A stretch of DNA of 62,200 nucleotides, filler included, from Babesia bigemina (lineage: Eukaryota): the NCBI RefSeq assembly GCF_000981445.1. It is 8 parts of 8 records of this genome, joined end to end, with 100 filler letters (N's around TTAATTAATTAA, not from the genome) between each part and the next. Parts side by side here need not be neighbours in the genome. Positions count along the whole stretch, not along the records: positions 20,899 to 29,014 come from NW_012237193.1; positions 29,115 to 31,061 come from NW_012237194.1; positions 31,162 to 42,377 come from NW_012237195.1; 5 more parts are not named here. The stretch is one strand, 5' to 3'. Shown in pieces: positions 21,903 to 34,100 of this stretch (positions are counted from its first letter, which is position 1; the number at the start of each line of letters is the position of its first letter). Under the pieces are notes generated by a model. It saw only the letters and a list, made by a program, of their open reading frames with translations, searched no databases and was not told the origin of the DNA. The position numbers and the translations under genes are program-made.

Positions 21903-24900
21903 TTATGGTTGTAGATAAAACACCCTGTTAAGCTTGTTAACACGTGCCGCGGCAAGTAGTGATTGAGCAGCGATGCGATGCGATGATGGTGAGTGCAAAT
22001 GCGATTTGATGTGGAGGAGATCGAGGCGGATGACCATGATGTGGATGAGGTACAAGAGAGAGAGGAGCCAGAGTGCGACAGTGGTCCAGAAGAATTTCTC
22101 CCTGATTTCCCACAGGAATTTGGGAATATATTCATGGACAAGTCGTGCGAGCACAGAACCGTCGGAGCATATGTGTTTCAGCGCGGTGCAGAGATCTTGG
22201 CACGTGCGTTTTGTTTTCCTCTCTTTTTCACCGCTCAGTTCATGTGGGCTACCAAAAGTGAACCCCAATGCATATATAGCTGCATGGGTAGCGCGGCAAT
22301 TAATAATGGAACCGCAAGCATATTCATGCCTAATGTTATCGATGTATTCGGGTTTCGGAGAAGCATAATATTTGTTTACTTGACAATCATTGACACAACT
22401 TCTGTCATGACATCGTGACCCTACTTTATTGCAGTTACGGCAGCACTGTTCATACAACTGTTTGAGCAAATCCCAAAACGTCTCCGATATGTAGACAACC
22501 CACGACAAATAATGGCCGGCATATTCCTTAGAATAAACCACACGCACATCGTAACTGATTGACTGCAAATACGCGCCACAGGGAACATTCGGTTTCGATG
22601 CTGATTTTGCTTTGCATTCCAGCAGACTAAACAGATCACCAGTAGGATGCTCATATTCACCGGCAGTATGACTCTTATGGTTACTCGATAGCTGTATGGA
22701 AGTGACATTCAATTTTGTTCCGGCATTATTGAAGTTAGCTTCTTTAACAGCGCTTTCAAATGCCTCTTGTTTATGCTTTTTACCGCCGCCGTTCCAGTTT
22801 GACAGGTAACCCTGGAAGAAACTGAACATATCGCCAAGCGTCTGCGGTGGCTGTCGGAGGAGACAGTTTATGGCGCCGCAAATTTTACGAAGGTAAGAAT
22901 CAGGACCGCAAAAACTATAGAGAGCTTTTTTCATATATTCGCCTGTTTTTATATGTGAGGCTGCAATACCAATGTCTGCAAATCCCATTGGCGTCTTACA
23001 CGGAAGGCCTCTATGATTTGTCACCGAACATTTAACTCCGCATCCAACGTTGGTTAGTCGATGCGGTAGAAAGCCTACCAGACCATCCTCAAGGAATGAT
23101 TGAAGTGGCGATTTTATTCCGCAGTTAGCTGTTTGGTTACACTTTTGGTCACAGTTTTGGTTGTGCTTTTGCTCACCTCTTTCATTGGGGCATTGCTTGT
23201 CATTACACTGCCAATCCGATCCAGCAACTCCGTTGCCATAATAGCAATCACGCCACCCACCGCTCTTAGGTCCGCTGTGGCATTGCGCCAATAGGAAATG
23301 CAGTTGGTGATAGACTCTATTCAATATATCAACAAGCATATCGAAGCACGCACTGTCTTTGTTAGGATACAGCAGATTATCTGCATTAGTGTTGAAGTCA
23401 ACAGCATAACGGCCACCCGAGTGGCCGTGACCGAGGATAGTGATCAGCATTTTCTCAGAGTAGAAACAAAGAGGTGCCAACATGTGCGTCGCCAAATCCT
23501 GAGCTTTGATCGTTGACGTCGCCGATAGTATCAATTTGTCGGTGGGAATTTTATCATGCGATGTACCTTTATATTCATCAGGCGTAGGGAACAATGTCCT
23601 AAAGTATTTGCGAAGTGGATCACGTGACGGATTGTACCAAAGCCCGGACAGCCATTGCAACATCTGATAGATGTTTGACGGCACCTTTGGCTTCTCGATA
23701 TATTTACGATGGCAGACTTCATAGTATTTGTGGAGATGGCCACGGAGATCAAAAAGCTGACCGTTTGATTTATTTGCAACTTCGAAAATTGCGTTCATAT
23801 TTTGCAGATGCGTGCCATTTTTCGTAATTAGTTGAATTATTTTTTCACCATTATGACGTCTGTCTAACTCACCATTTTGCGTGTCTTTATCAGCAGACAA
23901 TACATAACCGCGACGCTGTAACCAGTTTCCTAGAGGGTTATCGTTCCTTGTTTTCTTATTGTTATCCCAGTCATACAAACAAATTTGACTTTTGTTGGAG
24001 TTAGTCCTACACGTTTCTCTCAACTTGTCCATATCTCTATACAACCTCTCCAGAATTGTAAAAAATATCTTAGCACAATTTTTTCCATCATCTGTCATCA
24101 GTTTTGTGTTAAAACCGAAAAATGTAACGTTTTCTGACCCATCATACCCGTTCACATACACCCGCTCCATCTGCTCGACAAACCCCTGCAGCCCCTTTTT
24201 GACCGCATCGAGCAGCTCCGGGTGCCGGGGGTTGGCGAAGTGGGCGGGGTGGAGAGCGGTGAGGGAGGAGGAGAGGGTGGTGAGTAAATTAACAAACTTA
24301 TTATCATAATTATACTTTTTAGAGTTATTTGAGGCACTTAAATGATTAAGTAATTTGTCGAAGGCATCTTTGATTTTGGTTAGCTGTTTGGCTGGGTCGT
24401 TGACTTCATATTTAATATGCCTGTAGATAAGACCAAAGTAATATCTAAATGATTCCGATAATTTTTTGAATTTTTCGTAAATATTGTCCGATGACATTAC
24501 AGTGGTTTTTAGATCGTCAAGCTTATTTGTTGAACTTTTAGCTCCAGACGCATCCAACTCTCCTCCCATCCATCTCATGAGACCTTTAACGCCGGTTTTT
24601 ACATCAGTGTCAATAATACTTTTGATATCGTCAACCCTGTCCCTAACACCTCTATTCAAAATTTCCAACTGCTGTTTGGTAGCATCGCGATGGCGATATA
24701 GAGCTTCATGTTTTATTGAGTTTATTTTAGAATCACATCGCGTTTCAAGAAATGCAGCAATGTCGGAGAAGCAATCTGCGAGATGCTTGTCAATTTTTTT
24801 CGCGTGAAATTCAGTGCCTGCGGCAATTATTTTTCCAAGGTTCGCAGAGTTGACCCGGCCATTTGTGCCGAGAATACCGTCTATATCTTTCTGAAGTTTA

Positions 24901-27404
24901 GTCAAGCCGTACTGAATATCATAATTAAGATTTTGAACGCTATCTTCCGTTAGCATGGTCTTAAGATCGGTGAGCAAACCCTTAACGCCTTTCTTCTCTA
25001 TATCATGCATACTCTGTTCATTTACAACACATTTCTTTATAGTATCGGTGAAAATTTCAAACTTACTATTGAACGCTGCAAGGGCTGACTTGAGAGCAGT
25101 GCTGTCTATGGGTTTAGTGCCTTCATTAACAGATAATGCCGCAATCACAATTCTCTTAATATTGCCAATCTTATCTGGCAATGTTCCTTCACTCGCACTG
25201 CCGGATAGAATTGTTTTGGCGGTAAATCCATCTTGTTTAATGCAATCGTAATAGCTGCTGAAATTGGCTTTAGTAATGGTGACTTTACCGTCATCCGTAT
25301 CTTCACCCTTTCCAATCTTTTCTTCCAAAATTCCCGTAACCATACCCTCTATACCGCTTTCAAGCAACGTTTTGACTTTCTTGTCGCCCCCGTCAAATTC
25401 CTTCATGAGAGTGGTGCCAATTTTTGGAGAAATCGCAAGCTCATCGTCACCAATGTGCTTAGCGACCTCGGTTTTAATAGCTCCTTCTAACCCGCTAGTA
25501 ATGGCTTCTGTGAGCTCCTTGAATGTGGGATTAGTAAGGGTGCCACCACCTGAAAATTGCCCGTTCGACGCTTCTTTAATATGCATTAGTAAATTTTCTA
25601 TAGTACTAGAAAAAAGTTTGGTAGCAGAATTCGTTTTTTCAGTGGCGAGTTTAGTGAGCACATCTGGTAACGTGCCTAGTCCAGTATCTCGGAGCTGATC
25701 ACCCAGTGCCTGAAGCCCTTTCCTGGGCACCGATCCCCACGGATCTGTTGCATAAGTGGCAGCGGTAATGATAGTTTCCCCCAAACCTTCAAAATAAGTA
25801 TTCAAATCACCTAAAATATGGCTTTGCAGCGACACCAATCCCTCTTTCACTTTCTTATCCAATTTATCAAGTTGGTCAACCCCCTTCAACTGCCGATTAA
25901 CATAATCTCTAACTTTCTCCATAATTTTTTCTTTCACTCCATTCAACTCATACCGTAGAGCATTGTTTGTTTTCACGACTTCCGAGAGAGCTCCGGTAAC
26001 TTCGTCTGCTGCCTTCTTCCTAGTATCCTCTATGGCCTTCAGAAGTATACCGGCTTTCTTGTGCAAGGCATTTGCAGCCGACACGACGTTTTGATGTTCC
26101 GTGCTTGAATGTTTATTCTTGTCTATTTTTGTTAATATTTGCTCCGCCTTGTATCTTGCCGCCGTTACAATTAACTGCGCCTTTTCCCCCCATCTACTTA
26201 GTTTTTTACGTACCTCCTCCAATGTCGCACTAACGATATTTATAGGCGCCTGAATATCCTCATTAAACGATTTTTGTATACCCAGAATACACTTTCTTTC
26301 GAGTTCAAAAGCCTTATGTTCCACGTCTCTATAAAGCTCCTCAAGATGCGTTTCAACATTTCTTCCTAGCATCTCAATTTCCTTCTCATCGCTCTTTGCA
26401 CCCCTATCCAATTCATGAATGCGTAACGTAATCTCATCGAACTCGTTTCGGATTTTAACCTGCAATGGTTTATCAAGTTTCTCAATAGCCAACGTGGCAT
26501 TCTGCAACGTTTCGTTCAGCTTACCGATCACAGTGTCCCTCCACACGGGCCAAGCTATATCAAAATTATCTAATTTACTAAGCTCACTAATATTAAAATT
26601 TATGTTAGTTCTAAGTGTTTTTAAGTTCGTAATGACATTATTTGTTTTTTCATCTACTTTATTCCCATACCCCTCCAACCACTCCTTCACCGCGGCGACA
26701 GACACCGCAAGCCCTTCACGCCCGGAGCCAATTTTTTTATTTACCTCTTCTAGTACCTTTTCAAGCTTATTACTCATCATATTATCGTACGTTTTAACTG
26801 CTTCATCATCTTTCACCGCACCAAGCACACCACTCAAAAACGCCATCACCCCGTCACACAGCCTATCCAAGTCAGAGTACACAATGCCACTGCCGTCGTA
26901 GCCTTTGGACTCTTTGTTGAAGCCGAGGAAAGTCTGAAGGCCGGAACATAAATTATCTAAGAGGTTTTTAGGCTCATTTGAAGGCTTACTAACATTTACA
27001 TAAAATCCACAAAGCTCATTCACTTTCCTCAAAGCGTCCAACTTGGACTGCAATTTGGCTAGCTCAGCAGAGGGAGAGGGGGAAGAAGGAAGATTATTAA
27101 GATGGTTATTAAGGCTCTTAATACGCTGTTCAGTTTCAGTAATTTCTTTCTTTACTTGCTTATTAAGCTCACTAATTTTCGCGGTGTCACCAGCCTGGTC
27201 AGCAGAGTTGTCAGACACAGAAAGGGTAGTAACATGAGAATTGTAAACATCATTTAGGTCATTTTTAAGGTGCGGATAAATGTCGAAAACAGCGATAATA
27301 GCATTCTTGACAGCTTTCTTAACACTCTCACTCTCACCAACAAAAGCGCCAAGTTGACCAGCAAGGTGACCAAGGCTAACAAGCTTGGAGTCAATGTCCT
27401 GCAA
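21903..27404 (-). CDS. ves: Near full-length ves/VESA-like gene (class A, ~1830 aa); start/first exon unresolved
   Basis: Uninterrupted ORF with N-terminal GIVYSDLDRLCDGVM motif, long helical middle, Cys-rich domain, TM segment and RVFYLQP tail. Confidence 0.88.
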   Translation of the reverse strand: MQDIDSKLVSLGHLAGQLGAFVGESESVKKAVKNAIIAVFDIYPHLKNDLNDVYNSHVTTLSVSDNSADQAGDTAKISELNKQVKKEITETEQRIKSLNNHLNNLPSSPSPSAELAKLQSKLDALRKVNELCGFYVNVSKPSNEPKNLLDNLCSGLQTFLGFNKESKGYDGSGIVYSDLDRLCDGVMAFLSGVLGAVKDDEAVKTYDNMMSNKLEKVLEEVNKKIGSGREGLAVSVAAVKEWLEGYGNKVDEKTNNVITNLKTLRTNINFNISELSKLDNFDIAWPVWRDTVIGKLNETLQNATLAIEKLDKPLQVKIRNEFDEITLRIHELDRGAKSDEKEIEMLGRNVETHLEELYRDVEHKAFELERKCILGIQKSFNEDIQAPINIVSATLEEVRKKLSRWGEKAQLIVTAARYKAEQILTKIDKNKHSSTEHQNVVSAANALHKKAGILLKAIEDTRKKAADEVTGALSEVVKTNNALRYELNGVKEKIMEKVRDYVNRQLKGVDQLDKLDKKVKEGLVSLQSHILGDLNTYFEGLGETIITAATYATDPWGSVPRKGLQALGDQLRDTGLGTLPDVLTKLATEKTNSATKLFSSTIENLLMHIKEASNGQFSGGGTLTNPTFKELTEAITSGLEGAIKTEVAKHIGDDELAISPKIGTTLMKEFDGGDKKVKTLLESGIEGMVTGILEEKIGKGEDTDDGKVTITKANFSSYYDCIKQDGFTAKTILSGSASEGTLPDKIGNIKRIVIAALSVNEGTKPIDSTALKSALAAFNSKFEIFTDTIKKCVVNEQSMHDIEKKGVKGLLTDLKTMLTEDSVQNLNYDIQYGLTKLQKDIDGILGTNGRVNSANLGKIIAAGTEFHAKKIDKHLADCFSDIAAFLETRCDSKINSIKHEALYRHRDATKQQLEILNRGVRDRVDDIKSIIDTDVKTGVKGLMRWMGGELDASGAKSSTNKLDDLKTTVMSSDNIYEKFKKLSESFRYYFGLIYRHIKYEVNDPAKQLTKIKDAFDKLLNHLSASNNSKKYNYDNKFVNLLTTLSSSLTALHPAHFANPRHPELLDAVKKGLQGFVEQMERVYVNGYDGSENVTFFGFNTKLMTDDGKNCAKIFFTILERLYRDMDKLRETCRTNSNKSQICLYDWDNNKKTRNDNPLGNWLQRRGYVLSADKDTQNGELDRRHNGEKIIQLITKNGTHLQNMNAIFEVANKSNGQLFDLRGHLHKYYEVCHRKYIEKPKVPSNIYQMLQWLSGLWYNPSRDPLRKYFRTLFPTPDEYKGTSHDKIPTDKLILSATSTIKAQDLATHMLAPLCFYSEKMLITILGHGHSGGRYAVDFNTNADNLLYPNKDSACFDMLVDILNRVYHQLHFLLAQCHSGPKSGGWRDCYYGNGVAGSDWQCNDKQCPNERGEQKHNQNCDQKCNQTANCGIKSPLQSFLEDGLVGFLPHRLTNVGCGVKCSVTNHRGLPCKTPMGFADIGIAASHIKTGEYMKKALYSFCGPDSYLRKICGAINCLLRQPPQTLGDMFSFFQGYLSNWNGGGKKHKQEAFESAVKEANFNNAGTKLNVTSIQLSSNHKSHTAGEYEHPTGDLFSLLECKAKSASKPNVPCGAYLQSISYDVRVVYSKEYAGHYLSWVVYISETFWDLLKQLYEQCCRNCNKVGSRCHDRSCVNDCQVNKYYASPKPEYIDNIRHEYACGSIINCRATHAAIYALGFTFGSPHELSGEKERKTKRTCQDLCTALKHICSDGSVLARLVHEYIPKFLWEIREKFFWTTVALWLLSLLYLIHIMVIRLDLLHIKSHLHSPSSHRIAAQSLLAAARVNKLNRVFYLQP

Positions 27405-27639
27405 GGCTCTTCTAGTAGCATCGTCATAACGACGGGAGTGGGAAGTAACAAGTTATGGTCATAATTAATGGAGGTCATAGCGTTAATATGGCGAAGTAAT
27501 TCGAAGGATTTGGAGTTAGGATGAACATGATGGGACTTGGCAGTGGCAAGAGGTGGAGGAAGGGAAGTGAAGGGTGACAAGGCACAAGTTATTAGGATGG
27601 TTTATAGAGGTAATAGCGGTATTATGGCGAGGTGATTCG

Positions 27640-28447
27640 AGCGATGTAAAGTGGATAAGGGGCGATGTAGAGTGGGTTAAGGAGCGATGTAGAGTGGATA
27701 AAGGAGCGATGTAGAGTGGATAAAGGGGCGATGTAGAGTGGGTAAAGGGGCGATGTAGAGTGGATAAAGGGGCGATGTAGAGTGGATTAGGGGGCGATGT
27801 AGAGTGGATTAGGGAGCGATGTAGAGTGGGTTAGGGAGCGATGTGGAGTGGATAAAGGGGCGATGTAGAGTGGGTAATAAACATCACTTAGGTCAGGTGC
27901 TTGGTCAACACTGTCATCGCTGCCGTGACCATGTCATCGCTGCCGTAACTGTCATCGCTGCCGTAACCATGTCATAGCTGCCGTGACCATATCATCGCTG
28001 CCGTGACCATGTCATCGCTGCCGTGACCATGTCATCGCTGCCGTGACCATGTCATCGCTGCCGTAACCATGTCATCGCTGCCGTAACCATGTCATCGCTG
28101 CCGTGACCATCAACTTGGTCAGCACTTAGGTCATGGCATTGGTCAGCACTTAGGTCACCACTTTGGTCACCACGTTGGTCAGCACTTTGGTCACCACGTT
28201 GGTCATCACGTTGGTCAGCACTTTGGTCAACACGTTGTTCATGGCATTGGTCAGCACATTGGTCAGCACATTGGTCACCACTCTGGTCAGCACATTGGTC
28301 AACACGTTGTTCATGGCATTGGTCAGCACTTTGGTCAACACGTTGTTCATGGCATTGGTCAGCACATTGGTCAGCACATTGGTCACCACTCTGGTCAGCA
28401 CATTGGTCAACACGTTGTTCATGGCATTGGTCAGCACCTTGGTCACC
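27640..28447 (-). repeat. Minisatellite triad: 21-bp (27640-27878), 20-bp (27912-28110), 12-bp (28111-28447)
   Basis: Same units and order relative to the downstream ves gene. Confidence 0.92.
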
Positions 28448-28570
28448 TCACTGCTCATGTGATTGGTCATCAACGCAATCATTACTCTGTCTAGACATTA
28501 GATGTCAGTTGCCAGTTAGGTGGTCAGTGGGATTTGGATTGACGATGTTTGCGCTACGAAATCGTTGAGT

Positions 28571-29014
28571 TTAGCTGTAAAAGGCGATGCAGAAGGGTAT
28601 CTTGCGGACGAGGAAATCGCGGATGTTGCGGCCCACCGGGAAGCGGAAGATGCACAGGTCGAGCAGGATTATGGCGACGATGATGGCAACGATGGCGGCG
28701 GCGATGGTGAAGTAGGGAGGGGGGGAAAGTGTGGAGGTATCTACATTAAGCTCGTCGGATGAGTCATCGTGACTGCTGGTATGACGTAGTGCACTGGTTT
28801 CGGGCAGATCACCGGAGGAAGGACCGGGGAGAGACTGGGAGGAGACAGTATGTTGTTCACTTTCACGTTTCTTTTCACAACATGTACAATCACATTGACA
28901 TGTCGTCTCCTTGCCTTTACATTTGACGCTACATGGCGAAGGTTTGCAATTGTAATTACTCCCGTCTTTAGTACGTACCATGTAATATGCTCCACATAAT
29001 CCGCAACAGTTATA
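28571..29014 (-). CDS. Small Cys-rich TM-anchored protein, 5' truncated by the contig end
   Basis: Frame is open to 29014 (YNCCGLCGAYYMVRT...CQCDCTCC...IAAAIVAIIVAIILLDLCIFRFPVG...FYS). Confidence 0.7.
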   Translation of the reverse strand, partial: YNCCGLCGAYYMVRTKDGSNYNCKPSPCSVKCKGKETTCQCDCTCCEKKRESEQHTVSSQSLPGPSSGDLPETSALRHTSSHDDSSDELNVDTSTLSPPPYFTIAAAIVAIIVAIILLDLCIFRFPVGRNIRDFLVRKIPFCIAFYS

Positions 29015-29177
29015 NNNNNNNNNNNNNNNNNNNNNNNNNNNNNNNNNNNNNNNNNNNNTTAATTAATTAANNNNNNNNNNNNNNNNNNNNNNNNNNNNNN
29101 NNNNNNNNNNNNNNACGAATTCTCTAGATATCGCTCAATACTGACCATTTAAATCATACCTGACCTCCATAGCAGAA

Positions 29178-30173
<996 letters not shown>

Positions 30174-30365
30174 GTGACCAAACAGGAAAAAACCGCCCTT
30201 AACATGGCCCGCTTTATCAGAAGCCAGACATTAACGCTTCTGGAGAAACTCAACGAGCTGGACGCGGATGAACAGGCAGACATCTGTGAATCGCTTCACG
30301 ACCACGCTGATGAGCTTTACCGCAGCTGCCTCGCGCGTTTCGGTGATGACGGTGAAAACCTCTGA
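30174..30365 (+). CDS. rop: Rop/Rom plasmid copy-number repressor (vector)
   Basis: MTKQEKTALNMARFIRSQTLTLLEKLNELDADEQADICESLHDHADELYRSCLARFGDDGENL. Confidence 0.99.
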   Translation: MTKQEKTALNMARFIRSQTLTLLEKLNELDADEQADICESLHDHADELYRSCLARFGDDGENL

Positions 30366-30388
30366 TGAGGGCCCAAATGTAATCACCT

Positions 30389-30416
30389 GGCTCACCTTCG
30401 GGTGGGCCTTTCTGCG
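30389..30416 (+). terminator. T7 early (Te) terminator (vector)
   Basis: GGCTCACCTTCGGGTGGGCCTTTCTGCG. Confidence 0.9.
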
Positions 30417-30427
30417 TTGCTGGCGTT

Positions 30428-31016
30428 TTTCCATAGGCTCCGCCCCCCTGACGAGCATCACAAAAATCGATGCTCAAGTCAGAGGTGGCGAAACCCGACA
30501 GGACTATAAAGATACCAGGCGTTTCCCCCTGGAAGCTCCCTCGTGCGCTCTCCTGTTCCGACCCTGCCGCTTACCGGATACCTGTCCGCCTTTCTCCCTT
30601 CGGGAAGCGTGGCGCTTTCTCATAGCTCACGCTGTAGGTATCTCAGTTCGGTGTAGGTCGTTCGCTCCAAGCTGGGCTGTGTGCACGAACCCCCCGTTCA
30701 GCCCGACCGCTGCGCCTTATCCGGTAACTATCGTCTTGAGTCCAACCCGGTAAGACACGACTTATCGCCACTGGCAGCAGCCACTGGTAACAGGATTAGC
30801 AGAGCGAGGTATGTAGGCGGTGCTACAGAGTTCTTGAAGTGGTGGCCTAACTACGGCTACACTAGAAGAACAGTATTTGGTATCTGCGCTCTGCTGAAGC
30901 CAGTTACCTTCGGAAAAAGAGTTGGTAGCTCTTGATCCGGCAAACAAACCACCGCTGGTAGCGGTGGTTTTTTTGTTTGCAAGCAGCAGATTACGCGCAG
31001 AAAAAAAGGATCTCAA
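30428..31016 (-). other. ColE1/pMB1 (pUC-type) replication origin (vector)
   Basis: TTTCCATAGGCTCCGCC...GCAGAAAAAAAGGATCTCAA. Confidence 0.97.
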
Positions 31017-31179
31017 GAAGATCCTTTGATTTCTACCGAAGAAAGGACGATCTCTGATCTCNNNNNNNNNNNNNNNNNNNNNNNNNNNNNNNNNNNNNNN
31101 NNNNNTTAATTAATTAANNNNNNNNNNNNNNNNNNNNNNNNNNNNNNNNNNNNNNNNNNNNCGAGAATAGCTTGATTCG

Positions 31180-34100
31180 TTCTCGGAGCTGCCTGGCACC
31201 ACACTTGCTATAATAACACTTGCTGGCACTCGACCAGCTGCTACCCCGGCATCCACCGCCGCCGGCACGCCTGGTGTAAGTCTGTGGCGCCGGGTGGAGT
31301 CACTGGGTGTGACATCGCCAGACCGCGGCAGGCGCAGCGCAGCACATGATGTGACCTGGTGTCGCGGTATAGCTGCTCTATATGTCCCATCCACCGACAC
31401 GCATCCGGGCAGTCCGGGAGCGCCGCCGCCGGCACGCCTGGTGAGCCGCCACGGCCAACTGCAGCTGCGGCTGTAAGGCACGCCAGACCCCGCCAGTGTC
31501 GCGTTGGTGCCACATTGGCGTGGTTACGTGCCTGTGTTGCCTCCCTATCCTAGCCCACATCCGCCCGTTGTGCCGGGCTCCGGTGCGTGAGGTCTGCGGG
31601 CGGGGTGCCCGGACTGGGGGCGTGGCAGTCGAGGCACCGGAGGGATGGCAGCTAGGGCACGGCAGTGAAGCACTGCTGGCAGATGACAGATTGGACCAGG
31701 TTTGGCGCAGTGCTGCGTGTTGTATCCCTTGTCTGTCTGCCTCGCTCCACGCCCGCCGGCGCCGCGCAGCCGCCGTGTCAGCGGATACGGGGCGTAGCAG
31801 ATACCACAACTCAATGCGCTGCCGGCACTTAATAGCTATAGGACGTAGTATGGTACGCACTTCTATGTGGCTGTGATGGCCTGGCTCCCACCACCCGTCA
31901 CCTTGCCGCCACCGCCGCCACGCCTACACCGCTGCGGACGGGCTCTGAGGCAGGCGGGTCGTGGGCACTGGCGGTGGCACCAGGCGTCATGAGACGACGA
32001 TACTGTCATCGGAGCTGCCTGGCACCACACTTGCTATAATAACACTTGCTGGCACTCGTCCAGCTGCTACCTGTGGATCCACCGCCGCCGGCACGCCTGG
32101 TGAGGGTCTGTGGCGCCGGGTGGAGTCGCTGGGCGAGACATCGCCAGAACCCGCCAGTGTCGCGCCGGTGCCACATTGGCGTGGTTACGTGCCTGTCGTG
32201 CCTCCTACCCTGGCCCACATCCGCCCGTTGTGCCGGGCTCCGGTGCGTGACGCCTGCGGGCGGGGTGCGCGGACTGGGGGCGTGGCAGTCGAGGCACCGG
32301 AGGGAAGGCAGCTAGGGAGCTATAGTGAAGCAGTGCTGGCAGATGACAGATTGGACCAGGTTTGGCGCAGTGCTGCGTGCTGTAGGCCGTGTCTGTCTGC
32401 CTCGCTCCACGCCCGCCGGCGCCGCGCAGCCGCCGTGTCAGCGGATACGGGGCGTAGCAGATACCACAACTCAATGCGCTACCGGCACCTAAATAGCTAT
32501 AGGACGTAGCATCGTACGCACTCTATGTGGCTGTGATGGCCTGGCTCCCAACACCCGTCACCCTGCCGCCACCGCCGCCACGCCTACACCGCTGCGGACG
32601 GGCTCTGAGGCAGGCGGGTCGTGGGCACTGGCGGTGGCACCAGGCGTCATGAGACGACGATACTGTCATCGGAGCTGCCTGGCACCACACTTGCTATAAT
32701 AACACTTGCTGGCACTCGTCCAGCTGCTACCTGTGGATCCACCGCCGCCGGCACGCCTGGTGAGGGTCTGTGGCGCCGGGTGGAGTCGCTGGGCGAGACA
32801 TCGCCAGACCCTGCCAGTGTCGCGCCGGTGCCACATTGGTGTGGTTACGTGCCTGTGTTGCCTCCCTATCCTAGCCCACATCCGCCCGTTGTGCCGGGCT
32901 CCGGTGCGTGAGGTCTGCGGGCGGGGTGCCCGGACTGGGGGCTTGGCAGTCGAGGCACCAGAAGGATGGCAGCTAGGGCATGGTGGTGAAGCACAGCTGG
33001 CGGATGACAGCTTCGAGGTGGTGTGGCGCAGTGCTGCGTGCTGTAGGCCGTCTCTGTCTGCCTCGCTTTACGACCCCCGGCGCCGCGCAGCTGCCGTGTC
33101 AGCGGATACGGGGTCTAGCAGATACCACAACTCATTGCGTTACCGGCACCAGGCAGGCACGGACGTAGTATCGTACGCACTTCTATGTGGCTGTGATGGC
33201 CTGGCTCCCAACACCCGTCACCCTGCCGCCACCGCCGCCACGCCTACACCGCTGCGGACGGGCTCTGAGGCAGGCGGGTCGCGGGCACTGGCGGTGGCAC
33301 CAGGCGTCATAAGACGACGATACTGTCGTCGGAGCTGTTTGGCACCACACTTGCTACGATAACACTTGCTGGCACTCGTCCAGCTGCTACCCGGGCATCC
33401 ACTGCCGCCGGCACGCCTGGTGAGGGTCTGTGGCGCCGGGTGGAGTCACTGGGTGTGACATCGCCAGACCGCGGCAGTGTCGCGCTGGTGCCACATTGGT
33501 GTGGTTACGTGCCTGTCTTGCCTCCCTATCCTAGCCCACATCCGCCCGTTGTGCCGGGCTCCGGTGCGTGAGGTCTGCGGGCGGGGTGCCCGGACTGGGG
33601 GCGTGGCAGTCGAGGCACCGGAGGGATGGCAGCTAGGGCACGGCAGTGAAGCAGTGCTGGCAGATGACAGATTGGACCAGGTTTGGCGCAGTGCTGCGTG
33701 TTGTAGGCCGTGTCTGTGTGCCTCGCTCCACGCCCGCCGGCGCCGCGCAGCCGCCGTGTCAGCGGATACGGGGCGTAGCAGATACCACAACTCAATGCAC
33801 TGCCGGCACTTAATAGCTATAGGACGTAGTATGGTACGCACTTCTATGTGGCTGTGATGGCCTGGCTCCCACCACCAGTCACCTTGCCGCCACCGCCGCC
33901 ACGCCTACACCGCTGCGGACGGGCTCTGAGGCAGGCGGGTCGCGGGCACTGGCGGTGGCACCAGGCGTCATGAGACGACGATACTGTCATCGGAGCTGCC
34001 TGGCACCACACTTGCTAAAATAACACTTGCTGGCACTCGACCAGCTGCTACCTGTGGATCCACCGCCGCCGGCACGCCTGGTGTAAGTCTGTGGCGCCGG

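Noticed and set aside
21973..27580. Short antisense and alternate-frame ORFs within ves genes
   Set aside because: They are shadows of the long ves ORF, with no independent motifs or conservation.
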